From the NCBI GenBank assembly GCA_050273025.1, contig CP158635.1:29140001-29204000 (forward strand): a stretch of 64,000 bases of DNA, in the 5' to 3' direction. Origin of the DNA: Cenococcum geophilum (taxonomy: Eukaryota). Each line of letters starts with the position of its first letter. Within the stretch, counting starts at the first letter, position 1. Positions 12,331 through 23,311 of the stretch are shown one piece after another. Below the pieces are notes generated by a model, which saw nothing but the letters and a program-made list of their open reading frames with translations, was not told where the DNA came from and did no database searches. The position numbers and the translations under genes were made by a program.

Positions 12331-15300
12331 GCAATCTACCGTCTCCTGCCCGTACTATAACACTACTAAAACTATAAGTCTCCTGTATATACCCGCTTAA
12401 CCTAGGTTAGGTAATAAGACACCCAACTTTAAAACATTTACTATACGCATATACGACCGCATGTATAATAGCTAAGGCCATTATAGCTAAGGCTAAAATT
12501 AGAGCAATTAAGACCTCCCCCCTATAACGTCTAACCTTACACCCGTCTCCCGCACGTACCGTATAGGGCCGCCGCCTTGTTTCCGTCCCCCTGGGCCGAC
12601 TAAGTTATACTAGCCTAATTATAGCACCAGGGAACCAAACACGCCCTAACCTAGACGACATTAAATGCACTTATGCTGTTAATTTTACCTAGTTCTATAA
12701 ATAAAAAGGCGTAAAGGTAATAAGGATTTATATAGCGGAGCTAGTAGAACTAGTTAAATAAAAACACCGACGGCTACTTAAGGAGCTGCCTATAGGCCTA
12801 ATAGAAGTACTAAACCTGTTAAAAAGGTCTTTTCGCTAGCTGGTAGAAGGCGACTATATAATAGAGGAAGCCTATAAAGCGCTACCCCCTTATTTTTATA
12901 ACTTCCTTAAGACAAACCTTAAAACCAAGTCTGAGCTCCTATGCCAAAAGATAGTTAATACTAATGTTAAGAAGTTCCTAAAAGGTAAGCCAGGATTAAC
13001 CCGTAAAGATATTTTATAATATTTACTAAAAGAGTTCCGCGAATATATTAAATACTTTCTCCCTAAAAACGTGGATAAGCTACCCCCTTACCAACTATAG
13101 GACTATAAAATTAAGATTATACCTAGAAAGCAAGCCCTGTACTATAAAAATAGACTACTCTTACCCGCTAAACTTACGTATATAAAGAGGTGGATTGACG
13201 AAATGCTAGATAAGGGTTTTATCTATAAGTTAACCTTACTAGCCGCCGTACTACTCCTCCTTGCTGCGAAACCTAGCGGCGGTATATAAATTTACTATAA
13301 CTACCAAGGCCTAAACATAGTTACCATTAAGAATTAATACCTATTGCTACTAGTCCGCGAGACACTTAACGCACTCTATAGTGCTAAGTACTTTACTAAG
13401 CTTAATATAATTGCTGCGTTTAACTAGATCCGGATCGCAGAAGGCTATAAATAGCTTATAGTATTTATTACCCAATTTGGACTCTATAAGATGTTAGTTA
13501 TACCATTTAGTCTCTATAACGCGCCCGCTATGTTCTAGAACTATATTAACTATATCTTACATAACGCCCTTGACAACTACTGCACTACGTACCTTAATAA
13601 TGTCCTTATCTTCTCTAAAACATATGCTAAGTATACGAAACATATAAATGAAATTATCTAAAGACTTAGTAATGCCGGACTCTAGATTAATATTAATAAG
13701 TCTGAGTTTTATACTACTAAAATAAAATACCTTAGCCTAATTATCTTAACTAACGGTATAACTATGGACCCTAAGAAGGTGCAGGCCTTATAGGAATAGA
13801 AGGACCTAATATTAGTAAAGGAACTATAGCAGTTTCTTAGCTTCGCGAACTTCTACTAATAATTTATCTAAAGCTATTCCAAGATAGTTAAGCCTATAAC
13901 TAGGCTATTAAAGAAGAGCACTAGCTGGTTATAGGGCCCTAATTAAGCAGAAGTATTCCAGACCCTAAAAATAGCGTTTACTACAGCACCGGTCTTAGCA
14001 TATTACGACTACACGAAGAAGACTATAGTAGAGATAGACGCCTTAAACTAGGCTTTAGGTAGAGTGCTCTACTAAGCTAATAAAAACAATAAGCTTAAGC
14101 CAGTCGCATTCTTCTCTGCTAAGCACTTAGCCCCTAAATATAATTATAAAATATATAATAAGGAGCTCCTAGTAATAGTTAAGGCATTAGAAGAATAGTA
14201 CCCTAAACTATAAAGAACTAAGCAGCCGTTTAAAATTATTACGGACTATAAGAACCTCTAGACCTTTATAATAATAAAATAACTAAACCAGTGCTAAGTC
14301 CGCTAGGCTAAGTTCCTTTCCCAATTTAACTTTATTATTACCTATAGGCCTAGTACTAAAGCCATAATCCTAGATGCTCTTAGCCGCCTCCTAGGCGTAA
14401 TACCCGCTAATGCTAGTAATAAACGTCTATAACACCGAGACCGCGTTGTCTTACTACCGAAGAAAGTCGACCCCGCTATCCTAGAAGAGCTATTAAGCGA
14501 ATCCCAAGACTAGAGTGTTAAAGACTTTATAGTAGTAATAGACCTAAAGCCTAAGAAAAAACCCCTTAAGGAGCTTATTAAGAATGCCTATAAGGAGAAT
14601 AAACTTGCTAGGGATATATTGGCTGCGCTACGCGAACGGAAAGGCCGTAAAGCACGCCATTAGCCCAAGTAGATTAGGAAGTTACTCCGCTATAATAAAT
14701 CCGAATGTTTAATTATTAACGGCCTAATCTACTATAGGAATTAAGTATTTGTCCCTAATTTGCCTAAACTCTAACTAGAAGTTATATATCGCACGTATAG
14801 CTTAGGTCCTACGGGCCACCCGGGCCACGTTAAGACATTAGACCTCCTTAATCGAACCTATTAGTAGCTAGGTATTTTATAGTTTATAGCTACCTTTATA
14901 AAAAACTGCGCTCTCTACTTCCGTATAAAGATCCCACGCTTAGTACTGCCCGGTTTCCTAAAACCACTAAAACTACCAGTTCGCCCGTGGACTAATATCT
15001 CTATTAACTATATTATCGACCTACCTAAGTGCCTTCGCAACGGCAAAACATATAGATATATCTTCGTCGTTATTAACCGCCTAATAAAGATAAGATACTT
15101 TATTTCTGTTACTAGCCTAAACACTAAGGAGCTTATTAAAGCATTTATCTATACTGTCTATAAGTTACATAGTGCTCTAAATACTATCATTTCCGATAAA
15201 GGCTCTTTATTTATTTCTAACTTCTAGCGTCGCCTAAACTAGCGCCTAAAGGTAAGCCTAAGCCCTAGTTCCGTATAGCACCCTAAAATAAATAGCCAAA

Positions 15301-16194
15301 CTAAGATTATTAATACAGCAATAAATAAGTACCTACGCGCCTTTATAAGCTTTACCTAAGACAACTAGGTAGATTGGCTCCCCCTTACTAAGTTCGCTAT
15401 AAATAACTAGGTTAATGAGACTACGGGATTCTTACCATTCTTCGCCAACTATAGCTATAACCCACATCTGGGCGTCGAACCAGCGGGCCCCTAGCTATTA
15501 GCCCTGTCTGTATATATAAAGAAAGAGTATCTATAAGCTAATACCATTGCAAACCGCTTTAAGCGTATCCTAACTTAGCTTAAGGCCCTAGCCTGTATCT
15601 CCTAGCAATGCTATAAAGATAACGCTAATACGAAACGGGACGAAGGTATAATATTTAAAAAGGATAATATGGTTATAGTTAGCCTTAAAAACATAAAGAC
15701 TAACCGGCCTAAGAGGAAGTAGGACGATAATTAGAATAGACCTTAGCCCGTCTTAACTACCTATAGAGGGGCAGTTGTAGTAGACCTCCCAGACCATATT
15801 CGCGTTAATAAGTCTTTCTATATATTAAAAGTCCGCCTCTAGTTCCCCAAGGAGATCCCTAGCTAAGTACGCATTAATAAAAAAAAACGTTATAATATTA
15901 TAGGCAGGATAGCTAAAAGGGACAATAACGGCAATATTATAGACAAGTGGGAATTTAAGAAGATCCTTAATATATATAATAAATAAAGGGACGAGCATGG
16001 CTTAATATACTATATTAAGTGGAAGTATTATAATAAAGAAACCTAAAAACCCAAGAAATCCCTAAAAGGGTGCAAGCGTGTACTACTTAAGTTTTATAAG
16101 CAACACCCTAAGAAGCTAGGACCCCTAGACTGGGCATAAGATAAGGGAGAGTTGTTACGCCGAGGTTGATTACGTAATAGTTAAGATATTATAG

Positions 16195-16217
16195 AACTTC
16201 AACCGCCGGTCGAAGTT
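16195..16217. promoter_or_regulatory. Palindrome X (AACTTCGACCG-n-CGGTCGAAGTT consensus); also at 34116-34138, 45160-45182, 61655-61677, 62534-62556
   Basis: Five copies seen, each followed in the element's sense by (G/A)T(C/T)TAATT(A/G)G. The sequence is certain; a regulatory role is inferred. Confidence 0.55.
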
Positions 16218-16315
16218 GTCTAATTAGTTAGATTTTTATAAAAGGCGCAGCGCTAGACCAATTTAGATGGCGGTGTAGAATTCTACTAACTTTATTTACT
16301 AAGCCGACTAATTAG

Positions 16316-16342
16316 GATTTTCTATCCCCGGGATAGAAAATC
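16316..16342. promoter_or_regulatory. Palindrome Y (GATTTTCCATCCC-n-GGGATGGAAAATC consensus); also at 22669-22696, 45281-45307, 54053-54079, 61758-61785, 62427-62453
   Basis: Six copies seen, each abutting a CCAATTAG/CTAATTAG-like box. The sequence is certain; a regulatory role is inferred. Confidence 0.55.
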
Positions 16343-16773
16343 GCGCATTGCCTGTTTTTGGAGTTACCTATTTAGTTTAGGGACTAAACCTTTTAAGGGA
16401 GGGGAGTACTATTACGGCACTAACTTACCATATACTGTTCTATACTATCTTATACTATTTCCTACCGTTAGCTAGCCCACCACTAGCGCCTCGGCGGCTG
16501 GCCCTACTATTTATATACGATACCCCTTTTCACCTTCTTCTCCTCTTTATACCACAACGTAGTTATTTAGTCTACTTCATTGTAGCACTGTAATACTTAG
16601 TTAATATATATATAGAGTAGAATAGGATTTAGGTAGTAGTCCTAGTAGAACTTAACGGAATATAGTAGGATTTAGTAGAACTTAGCAGAATATAGCAGAT
16701 TGCCGTCTTGCGGTTACTAAGTTGGTTAAAACAGGTAGACGTATATAAGGTGTTATAAAGGAGTCCCATATTA

Positions 16774-16918
16774 TTTATAGTAAATCTTAAAATATAATTA
16801 GAGTTAATCTATTAAGGAACCTACTTTACTAGTTATATTTACGCTGTTAACTATTCCATACCTATATACTTAGCCCTTTAGCAAGTCCACCGAGGTATTT
16901 CCCTTAAGGCTTTATTAT
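16774..16918 (+). repeat. 3' fragment of an LTR related to the Gypsy-A LTR
   Basis: Aligns by eye to 5711-5861 (TATAGTAA.TCTTA.AATA.AATTA.AGTTAATCTATT...). Cut on its left by Gypsy-F. Confidence 0.65.
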
Positions 16919-16934
16919 AATTTTATTAATATTT

Positions 16935-19900
16935 CCAAAACAGTAGTATATCCCCTCTAACTCCACTAATATGGCTCTATATTTTATAAATAGAGGCCTT
17001 TTTTATAGCTGTTGGGAATGAGGCAATTTGCCCTTATGTGCGGCATATTGCCGTCACGTAAGGCAACTTGCCGTCACGTAAGGCAACTTGCCGTCACGTG
17101 CCGTCGCGGCACTAGCGTGGTGAGGAACCTTAAATTCCTTACCCTCCCCTATCTAGAACAATAACTTTTTCCATCACTATATCTACTTAAGTAGTATTAG
17201 TAATTTGCCCTATGTTTCTAACACTAATTAGTAGTTAAATATATAGTTAACTATAGAGTAGCTAGGTTATTAATAGAAGAGATAGTCTTATATAGGGGTG
17301 CTATATACGCTTATATAGAATGGATCCCGGCGATACTATACTACCTTAGACTTGCGGAAAACTAGTAATAGAAGTATTACTAAGTACTAGGAGATACTAA
17401 GTTGCGTCTATTATATAGAACAATTACATTTACGAAGATTTGGTTAAGTACTTTAGGTTAGAAGTGTTACTAAACCTAAGGTCCTAAGTCAACGTCCGAA
17501 ACGCGTTAAATAATATCTTAAATTACCTACCTTTAGACAGCAAACCTACGAGATCCTACAAAACTAAAAATCCTGCCTATCTTTAATGTATAACACCTTG
17601 TCGATTCTACCTACTATAGCGTTAACCTATTTAAAGAAGTATAAGAAAGACATTAACCCGGAGATATAGGACAGAGCCGTAACTAACTTTATAACCACTA
17701 AGCAACAGGACCTAAATAGATTCTTAGTATACCATATAGAACACTATAAAGACAGCAAATACGATAATACCGCGCTATAGTATTATATAAAGGAGGACTT
17801 TATTAAATAGATAAAGGAAATATAGGTTCCTATAAATAAAGATATTATATAGGACTTCTATAACTTCCTTTGGGAGTATAGAGTATTTATCCCTATAAAT
17901 AGGGGTAGTATTAGGGATAACATTTAGGAATACGTTATTAATATAAAGGAAGAGCATAAATAGACTCTATAAGAGATTAAGCACTAACTACACACTATAA
18001 AGAAGCTTAAATTACAATAGAACCTAAGTAATACACTACTAGAGACGCGTTCTAACTCTATTACTCTAGGCACGAGTTCTAATATTCTACATCTATCGCC
18101 TCCACCTCTGTCTTTAACTCCCCTATATTAACCAGCTTAACCTATAGCCTTAATTAACAACCCCTAATAAGCGTAAGATCCCCTTACTTCGCGGTTTAAT
18201 AACCTTTAAACTCCGCCAACTAGATCTATGTTACTATTATAGCCTATAATATAATGCAGCTAAATACTAATTAGAGGTACCTTAAAAATGCTTATAGAGC
18301 TTATAAAGCTCTATTTAGAATAGAAGAAGAAGTTTAGCGGAGAACTATATAATATCCTTAATTCAAAGTTACGTATCTTCTACGACTGTTGCTAGAAGGT
18401 TAGACTAGAACCTAATTAATACTATATTGCTTATTTAGTTATACTTAAAGGCCGAGCTAATACCTTCTATTATAATCGTTTGGCAGAAAAAGGATATAAT
18501 TTTAACCAAATAATATATAAAATAAGATGCCACTTTAAAACAGAGGAGAATAAGCAGCAGTATATGTCGGAGTAGAGAGAGACTACCTTTTTAAGAATCA
18601 TTGCTATAAACCTAGGTGCCTCTTAACTCGATTATCTTTAAAAGCTCTTTAATTAACTCTAGACAATTTAGCGTGGTTTATTTAAATTATATTAAGAGGA
18701 CTTTAGCCTATATAATTAAGTCATTAGCGCATACTAAGGTGTTAAAGAATATAACCTTGCTCTCTTTAACCCTGTAAGTACTTATAAAGGAGTGTATACT
18801 TAATTAAGATCCTCTATCGGCACCGCCCTACGCTCTTAAAAAGTACAGCAATTTAACGCCTAACTCTAACCTACTTTAATCGACCTGGCCGACTAATATA
18901 ATTATAACTGGACTAATTAAACATATGGTGGTCGTGGCAGGGGATATAGTAAAGGGTATAATTAACGTTAACTATAAAGTAATCATAGAGGTCCTTATGG
19001 AGGTTCATTTTATAACAATTAGCAGAAGAAATGCTACGTTTATAAGAAGCCAAATTACTAATTAACTAGACACCCCCTTAATAGACGAAAGGAGGCATAT
19101 AATAAGTTTCGTTAGAGCGCACGAAACGTCGGAAACTAAGAAGTTACTATAGCCTACTTCTAAAGCTTCCTGGTTTAATATAAAGGTAAAGAAGATCTTA
19201 AGGGTAAGATTAACGAGGCTAAATAGCTCCTTATAGATATAGAAATTAAGAACTACTTTTTTAACCAATACTTTACCAAGTATAGTAAGGTAAATAGCAT
19301 ATAAACCGTTGCTATCCTTAATAACTAATTTACGCTCCATTCTATTATAAGGTTAGATATCTTTAATAAGCCAAAGAAAAGTTCTGTGTTCTCCTTTAAT
19401 AATAGATACTCGGCGAACGTCTTTTATGGTATTATACCAGATACTAAAGCTATAGAAGTATCTATAGTAGGAGAACCTTAAGTCCAAGCTCTTTAGCAGC
19501 TTAATAGTTCTATTTAGATTAACTAATTAACGGCAGGCTAATATATAATTCGCTTTAGCAAGGGTACTGCGATCTCTCTCGGCATAATTAAGGTCTAAAC
19601 CCTATTAGGATATATTACTTTCCACATTATTCCCGCGAATACCCTATTCCTATTCTGCATCCAAGATATAGATAAATTAGGCATTAAGCTTAACAACCTT
19701 AAGAATATGCTTATTTAGGGAGATAATTGGGTACCCGTCGTACGCAAATAGGGTTACCCTTAGTTGCTCCTTTAACAGCTAGAAAGGAGCGTTGCTTAAA
19801 GTTACTTAACTAAGTTAGAGCTACGTTAACTATATTGTTGTTTTGGCCACCTATCCGTTTACTAACTGCTTAGGGTTCTTTAATAAGCAGGTTATGAAGT

Positions 19901-22900
19901 TAAGGTTAAGGCGATTAAACATTTTATAAAGTACTGCTATTACTACTAAATGAACTAGAAGTCCCCTAGCCAATTTAAGTTTACCCTTAAAGATGACTAC
20001 GACTTTAACTTCTATATTATTATGGATGTTATATATCTTAGCGGTAAGCTAGTACTCTAAGTTATTAACTTCTTAACCTCCTTTTAAGCCGCACGCTTTT
20101 TAAAAGATATGTTAGCTAGGAACGCATAGGATACTCTTTAATTATACTAAATTAATATCTACCTAGGACCCCCTAATTAAATCGTTTATAACATAAGAAA
20201 GAACTTCTTATCTGCGGAGTTTTAATAATAAGTAAAGGCAATAACAATTAAGGTTAAGGAAGTCCCCGTTAAGGTATATAATAGTGTCGGAAAGGTAAAA
20301 TAATACTATATGCCATTACGCCGCGTATATGAAATTATTTCTTTAGAACTAGAGGGTGCTAATAAAAAGCTTATCCTATAGATGGCTGTTAAGGCTATTA
20401 ACAATACTGCTAGCCCAAATAGGCTCGTACCTATATTACTAGTCTTTGGCGCCTACCCTTAAATAACTAACAATTCTCTACTATCTCCCTTTATTATGTA
20501 ATAAGCTAAGGCGATTCGCAAGGCAATAAAGGAGGTGCAACGTCTCTACGCTACGCGCTAAATTAACAACGCACTAGGAATAAGAAATGGCCTAAATACC
20601 TTAACTACGCTTAATCTGCCACTCCAATCTAAGGTACGTATATAGCGTAAAAAGGGAGAATGGTTAAGCTTACATAAACTTATTATAATTAATGGTTAGA
20701 CTTATACTCTTTAGATACCCTATAGACCTACTTAATTCCGTTTAACTATTATTAAGCCTTACTATAAAGATAACAGTTCTGAGCCTTTATAGGATACCCT
20801 AGAAGATACCCTAGGAGATGCCCTAGAGGAGAACTACAATTAACGTGCCCTAAAAGGCGACTACGACCCCAATATAATTGTAGTAGATACGCCGCAACTA
20901 TAACACGGTAGAGGTCGCCTAAAAGAATTACGAAACCGCCAACACCTTATTAATTTTAAAGAGTAACTCGTTACCGCCATTAAGAATAGAGTCGAGCTAT
21001 TAATAGCCTTTATAACAGCTAAAGAGAAGGCTAACTTTAAGCTCGCAAAACAGCTCCGAAAGGAAGGCCGTATTATAACTTTAGGAGCTCCTTTCCAAGC
21101 ATCTAATAAGCAGGAGATTGACGGTCTTATTGCAAGAGGAGTCTTTAAGTTTAAGAAGTATGACCCTACTAAGTTTGATAGGGTTTGCATATTTAGGTTA
21201 AGAATAGTTAATAAGATTAAAGGTAAAGCTACTAATACCCTATTTGAGAAGTTAAGGCTAGTTATTTAAGGTTATAACAATAACGGCAAGGAAGTAATTC
21301 TTATATAATCCCCTATAATTTAATAAGCTAGTTAGTAAGTTATTATTGCGCTAGCTCCCTCCTTAATAAAGAATAGAATAGCGGTTTATTTATAAGATAT
21401 TACCTAGGCCTATACCTAATTAGAGACACGCCTTCAGCGCTTAATACTGGCATACTTTTTAGAGTAAATTCGCCACTAATATCCCGAAGATATGATTATG
21501 GTTATACTTAAGCCACTATATAGAATTGCAGAGGTAGGAACTTATTAGTGGGCTACTTATAGCAAGCACCATAAAGAGAAGCTTTTAATAACTACTTCTA
21601 TATTTGATCCCTGCTTCCTTATTACAGCTATAGGAACTCTATTTAGAATTATTAGCATATAAATAGACGATATAATTATCTTAGGAGATGACTAATTATT
21701 AGCTCTTAAAGAAGATGAGCTAGTAAAGGCAAATCTTATAGCAAAGCCAAAGGAAAGACTTAATTTAATAACACTATTACTCTTTAATAGATGCATTATT
21801 TCCCTAAATAAGGATTCCATTGCCCTACGCTAGAAAGGTTAAGGTAAGAAGATTAACGTTATTAACGTTAATTCTCTAAAGTAAGGATACGTAGAGTAAC
21901 GCGCTTGCGGAGCTTATATGGCTTCTATCTATTAACCTAAAGCTTCCTTTAATCTCTCTATTGCCGCTTAATACTAAGAACTAACTAAGGAGGATATCCT
22001 TGCCCTAAATAAGTGTCTTTTTTAGTAAAGGAGCCATCTTAATTGAGGACTGCTCTATATGCCTATTAACCTTTCTACTACTAAGCTTTTCGTATTTGTT
22101 AATAGATCGTTTATAAATAATAAAGATTTTAGCTCCTAACTAGAATATAAGATTATTATTACAAATAAATCTACTAGAAAGAGTAACTTTATAATCTATA
22201 GTAATCTTATCTATTAGAGCTTAACTAAGAGTAAACGCGTTACTTAAAGCGTTCTAGCGTTAGAGATATATAGAATGGTTAGCGGAGTTAATATAGTAAT
22301 TATAATTGGAACTACCTTAAAGATAATTATAGATCGACTTAAACTCCCCATTATCCCTATAATTGTATACACCGACTTATATTCCCTCTATAAGTATTTA
22401 GTTAAGCTTGGTACTATAAAGGAGAAGCGCCTTATAATTAATATTATAGCACTATAGCAATCTTATAAGCGTTAAGAACTCTTTAAGATTTAATAGATTA
22501 ATAGCTAAGATAACCTAGTAGATATAATAACGAAGGCAAACCCAAATAAGGCACTAAAGACGTTTGTTAATATAAATACTCTATATATATGAGTTAAAGA
22601 TTAGGTTAAGAGGGAGTAGAAGATGCGGTAAGGGCCGCTAAGGCGCTAGTAGTAAGCGAGCTAATAGCGATTTTCCATCCCGGGGATAGAAAAATCGTAA
22701 TTAGTTAGTAGAAGTCCGGGTTAGAAGAATAAGGCGTATTACCTACTAAATTCTGCTATAGTCTGCCTACGGTTATATTGTTATATACTGTCTATTTATA
22801 TATAGATAGCAACTATAAAAAGAAGAGTTGCCAGTGTTGGGAATAAGGCAATTTACCCTTACGTGCGGCATATTGCCGTCATATAAGGTAACTTGCCGTC

Positions 22901-23311
22901 ACGTGCCGTCACGGCACTAGCGTGGTGAGGAACCTTAAATTCCTTACCCTCCCCTATCTAGAACAACAACTTTTTCCATTACTGTATCTACTTGAGTAGT
23001 ATTGGTAATTTGCCCTATGTTTCTAACAATAGCTCTATTCTAGCACTATAAAATAGGTCTTTATTTATTAAATATAGAGCTGTATTAGAAGGGCTATAGG
23101 GGGTAGCTGTAAGACTTGAATTGAGGCTCTGCGCTAGCTAAGCCGACCCCTCTATTTCTAGAAATAAGCACCACCTATAACTTTACCAAAACAGCCCTAA
23201 ATTATATAAATAAGGGCTTATTTTATAGCCCTATTCTAGCGCTATAAAATTGGCCTTTATTTATAAATTATAGAGCTATATTAGTAGGACTATAAGGGGG
23301 TGTATTGTTTT
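16935..23311. repeat. Palindromic foldback/MITE-like relic (~355 bp net), split by Copia-A1
   Basis: 16952-17009 is the reverse complement of ~23045-23103 across the Copia insertion. A second copy of the same palindrome lies at ~23170-23300. The outer ends CAAAACA...CCCC / GGGG...TGTTTTG are inverted. Confidence 0.65.
17010..23028 (+). mobile_element. Copia-A1: full-length Ty1/Copia element, RIP-inactivated
   Basis: LTRs 17010-17223 and 22835-23028 (TGTTGG..TAACA); TSD ATAGC. Order PR (IIPDTKA = DTGA ~19431), integrase (ELR*LYCCFGHL = ELRQLHRRFGHP ~19818), RT (KPLYRIAEVG ~21509), RNase H (~22090-22560). Confidence 0.96.

Larger units (their letters stand above)
9603..16595 (+). mobile_element. 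Gypsy-B1: full-length chromovirus, RIP-inactivated
   Basis: 186-bp LTRs at 9603-9788 and 16410-16595; TSD CTTAG (9598-9602, 16596-16600). Gag zinc knuckle ~11131-11175; protease LINSGS ~11743; RT YLNN ~13589; integrase HPETDGQTE-like ~15280; chromodomain ~15945-16110; purine tract ~16395-16406. Confidence 0.96.
8867..16773 (-). mobile_element. Gypsy-F: 5' LTR (split by Gypsy-B1) plus start of gag, interrupted at 8866 by Gypsy-C
   Basis: LTR halves 9448-9602 and 16596-16773 are the reverse complement of the solo LTR at 28564-28933. Minus strand ~9100-8940 reads LLNPPTYLGKRSKLRSFLN*LKNKL...LRYAISRL, a Ty3 capsid-like gag. Confidence 0.82.
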
